A DNA stretch of 64,000 bases from the human T2T-CHM13v2.0 reference genome, Homo sapiens (GCF_009914755.1 NC_060947.1); one strand, 5' to 3'. Numbered from the stretch's first letter, positions 27,494 to 42,123 are shown. The notes: a model not told the origin generated them from the sequence alone. Numbers and translations are program-made.

Positions 27494-30400
27494 AGGGGAG
27501 CAAATGTACTGAAATATTCTCCTAAAGGGATCCAACAACATTCCGAAACTAGTTGTTAGGTAACATGGGGAGCGAATCAACTCCTGTTAATTTGGAATGT
27601 CTATATGTCAAATTTACATACAATAAAAATAGATTTGTACTATCCTGGCGGTCTACCGATGATAGTACAACAGGAATTATACACACAAAAACATGCAAAT
27701 GTCCGATTGTTCTTCATTCACTCAACCAACATTCATTGACCATTCTGCTGTGCACTGAGGGCAGGCACGCTGGAGGCCAGACAAATAGAATTTCTGCCCT
27801 CAAGATCTCCTTGTACCACGGGAGACACATGTATTAACAGCCAATGTTAACACCAGGTAAGCACAAGGAGTCTGTGGGAGCTCAGAACAAGGGTACCTAA
27901 ACCAGTCTTTTGCAGCTGAGGTTGTATTAATATGAAGTAGTACCATTGCCCCGATTTTACAGATGAGGAAACTGAGAGTTAGAGAGCAAGTGACAGAGCC
28001 AGTACTCTAACCCAGCTGTTTTAATTCTGAATCCAGGGCTTTTTCTGTCTCGCCACAGCTGCCTCTTTTGCTTTGTAAATACTTTAGGTCTAATGCATAT
28101 GGCAAAAGATAAGTTGTCTTGTGTGTCCCTGCCCATCCTAGACTGCCTGCTCCTTTCCAGAGACAAACAGGAATTTGGGGGTTAGAGCACTTCCGTGTGT
28201 CCAAAATGTTATATTTCAGATATAAGTAATAATAATAATAATTAATAATTAATAGTAAAAGTCCTCACCCTATCTATAAGTTCCTTTTGAAAGCTTCTCA
28301 AGAGTCCAGGAGTGTGTGTGCACACACGCATGTACGTGTGGGTGTATATGTATGCACGTGTACGTGCACGCATGCAAGTGGGTGCGTGTGCATAGGCGTT
28401 TGGAGTAGGGAAGGTTGGGAAGCACTGGCTCCTGCATTTTCAACAAACCTGGATACAGAGAAAATGGAAAATGAGCCCAAACAAAAAGGAACTTGCAGAA
28501 GAAGGCAGGTGAAAATAACCAATGAGAGAAAAGAGTTCTCAGGAGACACCAGGAAAGCAGTGTCTGCTGGCCACATCTACTGCTTCACTGGCAGTTCCAT
28601 TAAAATAAAATATATTCCACTAAAATATATATAGGGAAAGTGGTTTCCTCCATCATGTTCTTCTGGGAATTTTGTGGAAATTTCCTGACGTTGTGTGAGT
28701 CATAAAAGGAAAAAGAAATAATTTCCATTTCTGGAAATATTGCAGATTACATAACCCGAAATCCCTCCTTGCTACACAACACCTAAAAAAGCTGGGTAAC
28801 TAGTGGTCTGTGGTTGCCAAAAATGACATCCTGTGAACATCCGGGAGCCTCAAGCAATCCCAACACTACGGCAACTGAAAAAAAAAAAAATGAAGGGATT
28901 GCACTAAGTAGCTCGTAAGATCCCTTTCATCCATTTCTTTGCACCATATCATTCTTTAGTTCTTGTATTCACTCATTCACTGGAACATTTACTGAGCACT
29001 GATTCTATATCAGGTATTGGCTGCGTTGTGTTTTGATGAATACAAAGTTGAAAGGCATGGTCCCTGTATTCAAATAGCTCACCACGTTGTGCAGTGGCTC
29101 TTGACCGGAGCTGCACATCTGAATCACTTGAGAAGGTTTGCAACAATGCATATGCCTGCCTTCCTCGCTGCCCTCAAGATTCTAACTTCATCCTGGAGGG
29201 AAATGAATAGCCCGGCATTCTTTCTGTGTTGATTTCTGAAACCCAGAGCCTGAAGGGAATTCAAAGTGTTAGACAGCATTCTATAGAAATATGAAAGGGA
29301 AAGGATTTCTTCTGGACAGGATAGATCCTCAAGCTCGGGGGAAGGTGCAGAAGAGGCGAGACCTCTGTCATTTCCAAGAGGAGTGGGAACCTGGGCCCTG
29401 CTGCCCGACAGCAATGCCAAGGAGAGACGTGGATTGATTTGAGAGGCATTTTGAAGGTAGAGTCCACTGAACTTGGTGTCCAATTAATTGCGAGAGAGGG
29501 GTTGAGGGAGAGGAAGTTGTCAAGATGACTCCCAGGTTACTGGTTTGGTCAACTGGGCACACCTTATTCACACAGGGAATATTAGAAGAGGAGAGAGCTT
29601 GGAGAGAAGATGTTTTCAGTCTTGGATATATTTGAGTTTGGGGTGCACGTGGAACAGAACATCCAGGCAGGGAAGTCCAAGAGGCAATTGGATACTCTTA
29701 CCTGAAGCTTAGCAGAGTGTTCAACCTTGTATATCATTTTAAAGTGATTGCATCACTCCCAACCCTCTTAAAAACTTTCTGAGTAAAGCATAATACCAAC
29801 TTTATACATTTCCTTTCAAAGAGCACACAAAAAAAATCAGTTCTTTGTGCCTCAGGGAAGAGCCACACCCAGTTACCTATATAACCATATTTTGAGTACC
29901 ACCTCGTGACTTTTCTGCAGCCTTCAGTACCTGCTTTTAAATGGTCACATATAATAAATGCACTAAAAGCAGCCATGTCTCACCACCGTTTGCTTAGGGC
30001 AGGATTCCCATCAGCAATGGATCTTCATATTTTTCCACTTCTGAGCCTAGGGAAGAAAAATCCATGAAGGTAACCAGTTCATAAAGTGGCTCTTCTTCCC
30101 AAAATTTCTTGTGACATGTGGCTTTGAGCAATTAGGGCTCTTTCAACCCCTAGGCCCTTCCTCACTCATCTTAAGCTGTCATTGAGTGTCTGGCACCCCA
30201 AAGCACCAATCTTTCTTTGAGGCTACATATTCATGAAAAGTCTTCCCCCGCCCCCATCACATTCCTCTTCCAGAGAATTTGTGGGAGCTTCTTAGTGCTC
30301 TGGGAGTTTTAAAGGGGAAAGCAATTTCCATTTCTGGAAACAGTGCACACTAGATAACCTGAAAACCCTCCTGTTACAAAGCACCTTTTAAAAGGCAGGA

Positions 30401-30849
30401 TAAAATTTAATAAATATTCCTTTTAATGCACATGTGATGAACTTATGGTGGAAGTTGACCCTCAGGTGTCAAAAAACAAAGAGGAACCTAAAGAGCAGAT
30501 CAATGGGCATTTGAATTTATGTTAGGGTGGTAGGGGAATGGATTCAATAACCACCAGGGAGAGGAGAAAAGCCTTGGTGCCTCACAAGGGCTACACAGTC
30601 AGTGAAAGGATGGACTAGGAAAAAAAAGTCTTCCCACCACCATGGTGAGATGACAAGAGAGTTTGTTTCTTCATGGGTTCTGGTGGGAGAAAATAAAATG
30701 CTTCCCCTGGTCATTTGTAACTCTAAGGCTATTGTCATGTAGGTCTAGGGTTGGAATTAATACCTCTTATTTAGGTCTTGAAAACCCCAAGCTTACACAT
30801 TAACATCAAAAAGATAACAGCCAGAGATACACCCCCAGTCAAACCTCAT

Positions 30850-31700
30850 TGAAGTCACACAGATGAAGCCGTTTGAACAAATCCCTAAACTCACAAACAA
30901 AATTATAAAACACCTGAGGAAAAAAAAAACCCGCCTGTGATTGAGTATCAGCAAACACAATGATGAGCAGGATTACACTACCAAAAACTTTAGATAATAG
31001 AGCCAACCGAGAGTATAAAATAAGTTTGTATAAGATACTTAGAAACAATAAGGAATCCAAACATATGAGAAAGATCAAGATTCTACGGAAAAAGAAGAGG
31101 CCGGTTTCTTTCTTTAAGGAACCAAATAGAACTTCCGAAAATGAAAGACATTATTTCCAGTGACAGCAAAAGATCAGAGGATGGGTTTAAAAGCAGATTC
31201 ATCTGCTTTAGTGAACTGGAAGATAGAAGTAAGGAAATTATTCAGAAGGCAGCAAGGAGAGATAGCAAATGTATAAACGGTTAAGAGATACAGAAAAATG
31301 ATGCAAAGGTCCAAAAAAACTCTAATAGGAATGACAGAATCAGAGAATAAAGAGAGCAGGGGTAAACCAATAATCAAAAGGATACTGGCTGGAAATTTTC
31401 AGATTTGAAAACAGACATAGTTCCTCGTATTCTAAAAGCATGAGCCACAGCAAGAATCAATAAAACTGAATCACAGGGGAACCGGTGCAGGTCAACAAAG
31501 AAAAGGGGAAAGATCTTAAAATCAACCAGAAAGAAAAGACACAGTGCTATCAAAGGGATAATAAACTGACAGCAGACTTCTCACCAACTGCAATAAAAAT
31601 GGAATCATATCACTAATGCATTCGGGGAATGGGGGGAAATGTCATACCCAACTAAACTACAATTCAAGAATGAGTGAAATAAAGATAGTCTTTTTGATAT
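30850..31700 (+). mobile_element. Highly degraded old L1 ORF1 region
   Basis: A-rich; 'ctgacagcagacttctca', 'gctggaaattttcag' ORF1-like motifs. Confidence 0.5.
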
Positions 31701-31709
31701 ATTTTAAAA

Positions 31710-32100
<391 letters not shown>

Positions 32101-32540
32101 TGAGAGGGCTGACCACTCACAAACCCTCACTGAAAGAACGACTTAAAGATGTTCTTCCATTAAAAGGAAATTGAACGAAAAGAACAAAGCAAGATGCAAC
32201 AGAGGAATGGTGAACAAAGAAACTAGTAACCATGGCCATGAGTCCAAAAAAAAAAAAAAAAGACTGCATAAAAACAATATGACTGACCAAATTATAACTA
32301 AATACTGGACAGCACTGACTTGTAAGACAAGGTCCTTGCATTGTTTGCGGTGAAATTGGAGACGATTAAGATTTGATAAAATGAAGTGTTTGCGATTAAA
32401 AATAAAAAGACCTTGATAATTTCATATCCGTTAGTGTGGATTCAGATCCATTAGAAAGCTTACATTTATCTAAAACTAACTCCAAGTCAGCCGGAATATA
32501 TCCCAGGAATAAAAAAATAACCCTTCAAAACCAGAGATTT

Positions 32541-33016
32541 TGTAACTGAACTCCGGTCCAGGCCATTCATCACCTGAAGGCCAAAAACTCAAAGAGAGGA
32601 GCTTTGGTGAAAGGAAAGTTAGCTTTATTTGAGAAGCCAGCAACCGGGAGGAGTCAGTGAACTAGACTTCAGTGATCACCTCTCTGAGTTGTGCCTCTGG
32701 ATTAGGGTTTTTTAAGGGAAAGCAGAGGAAATAATGATCAAAACATTCTTCTAAAACGTGTTCAGTCTCAGGTGGGCAGTTAATCACTGCTTTCTTGGTC
32801 AATGTTTTGTGACCTTCCACAGGCACCGTCAGCCTATTCTTACCAGGCTGGTCAGCCCCTTCCCAGAGCTGCTGGTTGGCGTGTTTTCTTTTATCTCTGT
32901 TGAAGGTCCTGTTTTCCTGAGACTATTTTTAGTGAATAATCTACAAACTCAAGCAAAGCAATAATCACATTCAAGCAAGCAAACTTTTATCTTAACTTGG
33001 AGTCAGTAACATTACA
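32541..33016 (-). mobile_element. Probable solo LTR (ERV1 class, family not identified)
   Basis: TG...CA termini (tgtaac...attaca), ATTT on both sides (4-bp TSD), reverse AATAAA at ~32625. Confidence 0.6.
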
Positions 33017-33219
33017 ATTTATTTGTAAAAGATGGCAGAGTGAAGAAAGATAAAAGAATCTCCCTTCCCCGATCCTACTAAATAAATTAAAAAATAATAC
33101 ATAAATAATGGTAAAAAGCAGAATGAGAAGAAGAGAAGACTAAGGAGGAGAAGAAGAGAAGACCAAGGAGGAGAAGCAGGAGAAGGAGGGAGAGAGGGAG
33201 GAAAGTGGCTTCCCAGGAA

Positions 33220-36200
33220 TATATATATATATATTTATATGAATATACATACATGCATTACACATGTATGTATATCTACATGTATATTATATAAGTATTT
33301 ATATAAATACATGTATATTACATATATAGATACAAATATAAATACATGTATATTACATATATATTTATATAAATATACTTACATGTATATTACATATATA
33401 TTTATATAAATGTACTTACACGTATGTTACATATATATTTACATCAATATACATACATGTATGTTACAAATATATTTATATAAATATACATACACGTATA
33501 TTACATATATATTTATATAAATATACATACACGTATATTACATATATATTTATATAAATATACATGCATGTATATTACATATATATTTATATAAATATAC
33601 ATGCATGTATATTTACATGTATTTATATAAATATACATGCATGTATATTTACATGTATTTATATAAACATACATACATGAATATTTACATGTATTTATAT
33701 AAATATATGTCTATCTATTTATATAAATACATGTATATTTACATGTATTTATATAAATATAAATACATGCATATTTATATAAATATAAATACATAAATAT
33801 ACATGTATATTTATATAAATATAAATACATAAATACACATGTATTTATAGTTATATAAATACATAAATATACATGTATTTATATTTATATAAATACAAAA
33901 ATATACATGTGTTTATATAACTATAAACACATATATATTTATATAACTATAAATACATATATATTTATATAACTATAGATACATATATGTTTATATAACT
34001 ATAGATACATATATATTGATATAACGATAGATACATATATATTTATATAACGATAGATACATATATATTTGTATAACGATAGATACATATATATTTATAT
34101 AACGATAGATACATATATATTTATATAACGATAGATACATATATATTTATATAATGATAGATACATATATATTTATATAACGATAGATACATATATTTTA
34201 CATATATATTTATATATATTTATATAACTATACATACATACATATTTATATATATTTATATAACTATAAATACATACATATTTACATATATTTATATAAC
34301 CATAAATACATACATATTTATATATATTTATATAACTATAAATACATATATATTGATATAACTATCAATACATATATATTGATTTATATAACTATAAATA
34401 CATATACATATTTATATAACTATAAATACATATATATTCATATATATTTATATAACTATAAATACATATATATTCATATATATTTATATAACTATAAATA
34501 CATATATATTCATATATATTTATATAACTATAAATACATACGTATTTATATAACTATAAATACGTATATATTTATATAACTATAAATACGTATATATTTA
34601 TATAACTATAAATACGTATATATTTATATAACTATAAATACGTATATATTTATATAACTATAAATACGTATAAATTTATATATATTTATATAACTATAAA
34701 TACGTATATATTTATATATATTTATATAACTACAAATATGAACATATTTATATATATTTATATAACTATAAATACGTATATATTTATATAACTATAAATA
34801 CGTATATATTTATATATATTTATATAACTATAAATACGTATATATTTATATATATTTATATAACTATAAATACGTATATATTTATATATATTTATATAAA
34901 TCTAAATACGTATATATTTATATATAACTATAAATATGTATATATTTATATATAACTATAAATAAGTATATATTTATCTATGTATATAACTATAAATAAG
35001 TATATATTTATATATTTATAAAACTATAAATAAGTACAAATTTATATATTTATATAACTATAAATAAGTATATATTTATATATTTATATAACTATAAGTA
35101 AGTATATATTTATATATTTATATAACTATAAATAAGTATATATTTATATATATTTATATAACTATAAATAAGTATATATTTATATTTATATAACAATAAG
35201 TATATATTTATATACATTTATATAACTATAAATACGTATATATATTTATATAGCTATAAATACATATATATTTATATGTATTTACATAACTATAAATACA
35301 TATATATGTATTTCACTATAAATACATATATATGTATATAACTATAAATACATATGTGTATTTATATAACTATAAATACATATATGTAGTTATATAACTA
35401 TAAATACATATATGTAGTTATATAACTATAAATACATATATGTAGTTATATAACTATAAATACATATATGTAGTTATATAACTATAAATACATATATGTA
35501 GTTATATAACTATAAATACATATATATGTAACTATAAATACATATAGATGTAACTATAAATACATATATGTAGTTATATAACTATAAATACATATATATG
35601 TAACTATAAATACATATATGTGTAGTTATATAACTAAAAATACATATATATGTAGTTATATAACTATAAATACATATATATGTAGTTATATACCTATAAA
35701 TACATATATATGTATTTATATAAGTATAAATACATTTATATTTATATATACATATTTATATATAAATATACATATATGTATTTATATCTACGTATTTATA
35801 TATACAAATATATACGTATTTATACATACAAATGTATACGTATGTATATATACGCATTTATATATATAAATATATACAGATTTATATATATAAATATATG
35901 CACATTTATATATAAATATATACATATATAATATATGCACATATATACACATATGTATACATACATACGTATATACATATACATACATATATACATATAC
36001 ATATACATACATATATACATATACATACATATATATGCATATATATAAATATATAGGTATTCATATATACATGTATATTATATAGGTGTTTATATATGTA
36101 TTTATATATGTATTATATATAGTACATATATATGTATTATTGTACATATATATGTACTATATATTTATAGTACATATATATATATGTACTATATATTTAT

Positions 36201-36225
36201 AGTACATATATATATATGTATAAAT
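33220..36225. repeat. ~3 kb AT-rich minisatellite/VNTR (core about TATATAACTATAAATACATATATATT, 20-34 bp units)
   Basis: Directly visible tandem units arranged in blocks of variants. Confidence 0.97.
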
Positions 36226-36719
36226 TCTTGTGGGGAGGATGGCTGGTTTAGCACACTTCTCATTCTGTCCCCACCCCCTGGAAGCAATACTGAGGAAAAA
36301 CAATGTGAGCCAGTCAGATCCTGAGAATGGGATGTAAGGCTCTCTAACTTGAGGAGAAATGGACTGAGAGAATAAGCAGAAAAAAGTAAATACCTTTGTG
36401 AACAGAAGCCCTCAACTGCCACTCCTAGATTTCACCAGCGGTAGGAAGGCTCCCAATTCTTTCCATTTTCCAAGACACCGTGCTGAGTTGGGCAAACAAA
36501 ACAAAACCCTCAGAGTAAGACACACCCTTGCATGGATGGACTAGAGCATGATACATGATATTTAGCAAGATCTTAGAAGAAAAGGTAGATTGAAATCAAC
36601 ATCCCGCCTGCCCTCAAATTATCACCCTCAGAATGTTAGAGCAAATAGAACGTCTGACAATGTTTTCCATAATTGAAATAAAAATAAGTGGTTTAGCAAT
36701 GATGCTAACAATCTACAGG

Positions 36720-36925
36720 GATAGAGGGAGAGGGAAAAGGAGGGAAGAGAGGAGAGAGAGAGGGAGGGAGGAAGGAAGGAAGAAAGAAGGAAGAAAGGAG
36801 GGAAAAAGAGAAGAGGGGAGGAGGGAAGGAAGAAAAAGAAGAAAAGAAATAAGGAAATAGAAAGAGAAAGAAAGAAGAAGAAAGAAAAAAGAAAGAAGAA
36901 AGGAAGAAGAAAGAGAAAGAAAGAA
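36720..36925 (+). repeat. Purine-only (GA-rich) low-complexity tract
   Basis: ~200 nt almost entirely A/G. Confidence 0.9.
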
Positions 36926-37619
36926 ACCATCATAGTATACAAAAGACAGATAACCATCACAGACTGGAAGAATGCATAAAACAAGGAACAGGTGCAACTA
37001 ACCCTAGAGTTCTCTAAGCCATAGTAAAATTTAAAATATGATTTCAACTTAACAAAGTTTCAAAGACCAGATGATTGGCAACCGAATATGATTTTTTTTT
37101 TTTTTAAAAAAGGAGATTACTGAGCTCAGAAAAGAAACCGAGAACTCAAAGAACCACATGGTGGATCAAAGAAGTAAATTAGGAAGAGCAAGATGCAGAA
37201 GAGACATGCACACAAATCGAAACAAGGGCATGGAGGAAGGACTTTAGATGGTCACGCTAATGCTGATCCAACATTAAGATAATTTACATGCCTTAAGTAA
37301 AGAGCCTAATAAATGGGATAGAAAAATATCCACAGATGCCATATGTGAAAAGTTTCCAGAAATAAAGGAAGAATTGAACCTGCTCCTCAAAACGACAAAG
37401 TCTCTACCATCAAAAATTGATGCAGAACAATCAATATTGAGATATATTCTAGTTGTGTTATGGTACTTCAAAAAAAATTAAAGAATTTCTTAAATTCTTT
37501 AAATTAAAGACACCTAAGCACGCGCGCGTGCACACGCGCACGTGCACACACACACACACACACACACATCAATTACTTACAAGGGAACAAATTTGTTCCA
37601 CTTAAATATAAAAGTAAAA

Positions 37620-39080
37620 TGTAACATCTCCAGAATGTTTCTGCTCCTGGGTGAGATGAAGCATGCACACTCTACTGAATGCAGCTATAAAATGTGGACA
37701 CAGTGCATGGGCCAGCTATTTGAGGACTCTGAAAAGTAAATGGAAGGAGGCAGACCGGGGAAAGACTACAATTTGAAGCACCACTGAAACAGCAGTGAAT
37801 TTGACATTTTCCCCCCTTTAGTATCCTTGGCTCAACGTAGCCTGCAAGTTAGAAGTAGACAGTGGTGTGAACAGAGAGAGCTCTGGTTCTGACTTGAGAA
37901 GAGGGAAAAGGGAATACTAACCCTCAGCGATAGTTAAGGGAATCCCCAGTTTTTCTTTCTTCTTTTCTTTGTACTTTCATGTTCTAGCCCACAGGCAATC
38001 CTGTGGCAGCAGTGGTGGTGACAGAGGCAGTGACAGTGACAGTGGCAGCCGCCAGGGCCTTCAGGTGATTAAAGCTCTGAAGGAAAGTAACCTTCCTCTC
38101 TGATTGTAGGTCCCAAAGGGGTGCCCGTGACTTCTTTTTCCCCTCTTTGGTCTTCCTGCCGAATCACACCAGAGGAAGGCAAAGGCACAGGAAGCGTGTG
38201 GCAGAGAAGAGTCACTAAAGCGACAGCAACAGCTTCATGGCTACAAGGTTGAAAAGGGGAAGCTGAGGGAAGCAGAAAGTGCTGGGGAGATTGCAGGGAG
38301 GGAGGAAGTGCTTGGGAAAGTAAACCCATGAAGCTGTGTATGAGCTTCTGGGCTTACCCCACAAGGTGTGTATGTACAGATGTGATCCTGTACGACATAC
38401 AAAGGACTTTGAGAACTGCACTGAGTAAGGGATATAGACCTCGCCAGCTCCAAGACTGCTGATCATGCTTAACAGAACCAAATACCATTGCAAAGGCTTT
38501 GAAATGGAACTAACAATAAAACCCCCGGTCAGAACATGTGGCCTGAGCCTAAGTGACTGGGGGAAAAATGAGTGGAGACTTGGGGATCTGTGGGAATATG
38601 ACAAAAGAGCTACCTTTTGTGTCATCATAGTGACAGAAGGAAAGGAGGAAGGGGGTGGGACTGAAAAAGTATTCAAATAAATAATGGCTGGAAGATTCTA
38701 AATACGGCAAAAGACACATGCCTGTACATTTAAGAAGCTGAGTGAACCCCAAACAGAATAATCTTAAAGAAACCTACACCAAGAAGCATCACAGTCAAAC
38801 TTCTGAAAACTAAGGACCTAGGAAAAAAGTCCCAAAAGCAGAGAGAGAGAGAAAGGAAACCTTACCTATACGGGAAAAGGAATTAGAATGGCAATATATT
38901 TCTCATTAGAAACCATGGAGGCCAGAGGAAGTGGCATAACACTTCTCAAGTGGCGAAACAAAAGAACCAGAACCCTGTCTACAAAGTGAAATTACCTTCA
39001 GGAATGCAGGGGAAATCAAGACATTCGCAGAAGAAGGAAAAGTAAGAGAGATTGTTGCCATCAGACCTACCCTTACCTCT
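37620..39080 (+). mobile_element. Old L1M 5'UTR and ORF1 fragment
   Basis: ORF1-like peptide 38465..38680 (LGDLWEYDKRATFCVIIVTEG); 'tcattagaaaccatggaggccagagg'. Confidence 0.6.
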
Positions 39081-40023
39081 ACGCTTAGAGAAGCTTCCTG
39101 CATGAGATTCCACTAGGCATGTAAAATGCCTTGGCTGAGCATGACCTGCTCACCAATTCTCTCTAATGTGGACATTTATCATGCTGCCCAGTATTGGGAA
39201 GATATGTCTTAGAATTTCTCACGAGCTCCTAGTACAAGTCTGGTCTAGTTTCTGCCTCCAGCCCCTCCACTGAAATTGCTCTTGCCAAGGCCCCCAGCAA
39301 CACTTGCATTGCTTAACTCAGTGAACAGGTTTTAATGCTTATCATTTTGGAACTCAGCAAGTGTTTCTGAGTTTGTCCCTTCTTCTTCAGTTCCTCTGGC
39401 TTCCTTCTGCACCTTTGCTCTCATCTCTTTCTGGCTTGATTATCTTTTAGCGTGCCCCCCCACCCCGCACCAACTTTATCTGTGGAGACACTCCTCTAGT
39501 CTTCTTCCAATGATGTTCCTCTTTTGCTTGCCCCTTAAAAGAAGTTGTCCTTGGTCCCCTTATATATTCTATGTGCTCTCCCTGAATGGTCTCAACTACA
39601 TTCATGGCTTCAAGAACTACCCTGATGAGTCGCAAATCTGTATTTTCAGTATTGACTTCACTCCTGAACTCCTAAGCCAAATCTCCTTCATCTCCATCTG
39701 GATATCCCACAGGCATTTCAAATTTCACACGCTCAAGACTGAACTCATCTTCCTACCCATACGCAGACCTCCTCCTTCATCCCATTTGTCCAGGAATGAC
39801 TCCAAAGTCTGTGGTCACCTCACTCTATCCCTGTGGAGTCATGCTAGAGCTTTTTCACTTCCCCATCGCCACTCCCCTCCCCTGCCAACCAATGCCCCGC
39901 TTTTCCAATTGGCTAACTTGTACTCGTTCTTCAAGCTTCATATTGGACACCATTTCTCCAGGAACATTTCCCCAACCCCAAACGTCTGTGTAAAGTACTC
40001 CTCTTATGTGTTCCTACAGCACT

Positions 40024-40457
40024 TTCTTAGTCCATCTGTGTTGCTATAAAGGAATACCTGAGGCTGGGTAATTTATAAAGAAAAGAGGTTTATTTGGCTC
40101 ATGATTCTGCAGGCTGTACAGGAAACATGGTGCTGGCATCTGCTTGGTTTCTGGTGAGGGTCTCAGGCTGCTTCCACTCATGGCATAAGGTGAAGGGGAG
40201 CCGGCAAGTGCAGAGATCACATGATGAGAGAGGAATCAAGGTGGGGTGGGGGGGAGGTGCTACACTCTTTTTTAACAACCAGCTCTTGTGGGAATGAATC
40301 AAGTGAGAACTCACTCATTACTGCGAGGCTGGCACCAAGCCATTCATGAAGGATCCACCCCATGACTCAAACACCTTCCATTAGACCCCACCTTCCAACA
40401 CTGGGTATCAAATTTCCACATGAGATTTGGAGGGGTCAAACAAACCAAACTATAACC
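40024..40457 (-). mobile_element. MSTB-like MaLR LTR within L2 sequence
   Basis: 'ttagtccatctgtgttgctataaaggaatacctgaggctgggtaatttataaagaaaagaggtttatttggctca'. Confidence 0.85.
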
Positions 40458-41726
40458 AGCACCTTGAACTTCCCCTCTCATAGCACTTATCACAGTATAG
40501 TGTTCTCATTGTCTGGCTCCTTGTCTGTATGTTCCGCCAGACTGCATGCAGGGATCTGATCTATATTTCTCGTTGGTGTTGTCTCAATGCTTAACACAGT
40601 ATACCTGGCACTACCCTTCAATATTTTTTGAAGAATGAGCACATGAATTATCATGTCTCCAGCTAGGTTCGCCAGTATGAGTAATATGTAGTGAGTGTCT
40701 ACTGTGTGCCATTTTACTACCTAAACTTTTTATGGACTCTGTCCCCTAGTCTTATCTACCAATGCCATTGTCTTAGTTGAGATATCTGTCATTTCTTGAC
40801 TGGTATAATACAGCAGCTTTCTAATTCCAATCTCAGTCCTCTCTGTTCTATTCTCCACACACAATCCTCTCTGTTCTATTCTCCACACAGCTTCCAGGGT
40901 GATATTTCTAGAGGCAAATCAGACCACGTCACTCCCAAGCTGAAAGACCACAGTGGGTTCAGTGTAGCCTACAGGGTATTCTAAAACCTGAGCATGGCAT
41001 AATAGAACCTCCATGTCTTGGCTCCTGCCTACCTCTTTCCCAGCCACATCAACCACTACTGCTCCACTGGCATCGTACTCTCCAGCCTTAATGAATTGGT
41101 TGCAACTCCCCTCCTCCCACCGGTGCCTTGGCTTCTCATCATGCTACAGATTCTTTAACACACACATTGTCCTCCAAGAAGCTTGCCAGATCCACTCCTA
41201 TTCTTTCAACGAAATGTTTATTGACCACTCTTTATACACTATGACCAAATAGGATTTATCCCACAAATGTAAGGTTGGTTCAACATGTGAAAATCAATTT
41301 ATATAATACACCATATTAACAGAATGCATGGCGGAGCGGGGGCGGGGGAGGGGGCTCATGGTCATCTTAATCATGTACAAAAAGGATCATTTGACAAAAC
41401 GCAGTACCCTTTCATGAAAATAAATTCAACAAACCAGGAACAGAAAGAAACTTCTTCAACCTGATAGAGGGCATCCATGAAAAACCCAGAGATAATATCA
41501 TACTTAATGGTGAAAGACTGGTTGATTTCCCCCTAAGATCAGGAATGCCACTTGTAACTCAACATCGTACTCAAAGTTCTAGTCAGGGCAATTAGTCAAG
41601 AAAAAGAAATAAAAGGCATCCAGATTGGAAGGGAACAAGTAAAACCATCTCTATTCATAGATGCATAGATGGCATGTTCTTATATAGAGGACACTAAAGA
41701 GTCCAACAAAAGAAAAAAAAAAAAAC

Positions 41727-42123
41727 TGAGACGGTTTGGCTCTGTGTCCCCACCCAAATCTCATGTCGAATTGTAATCCCCACCTGTTGAAGGAAGGGCC
41801 TAGTGGGAGGTGATTGAATCATGGGGGCGGACTTCCCCCTTGCTATTCTTCTGATAGAGCGCTCACAAGATCTGATGATTGTTTGAAAATGTGCAGCGCT
41901 TCCCCCTTTGCGTGCGTTCTCTCTCTCTTCCTCCTGCTCCAACATGTGAAGAAGGTGCTTGCTTCCCCTTCGCCTTCCGCCATGATTGCACGTTTCCTGA
42001 GGCCTGCCCAGAAGCAGAAGCCTTGTACAGCCTGCAGAACCATGAGGCAATTAAACCTCTTTTCTTTAGGAATTACCCATTCTCAGGCAGTTCTTTATAG
42101 CAGTGTAGGAACGGACTAATATG
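41727..42123 (+). mobile_element. MSTA MaLR solo LTR
   Basis: 'tgagacggtttggctctgtgtccccacccaaatctcatgtcgaattgtaatcccc' ... 'aacggactaat'. Confidence 0.88.

Noticed and set aside
33605-36030. Tyr/Ile-rich ORFs, and the array as a possible CRISPR-like locus
   Set aside because: Translations of the AT minisatellite; tandem units with no unique spacers and no cas genes; mammalian DNA
36628-37047. Phe/Leu/Ser-rich membrane-like ORFs
   Set aside because: Reverse translation of the GA-rich tract
39510-40049. 179-aa ORF
   Set aside because: Lies in L2-derived, pyrimidine-rich sequence; no homology recognised
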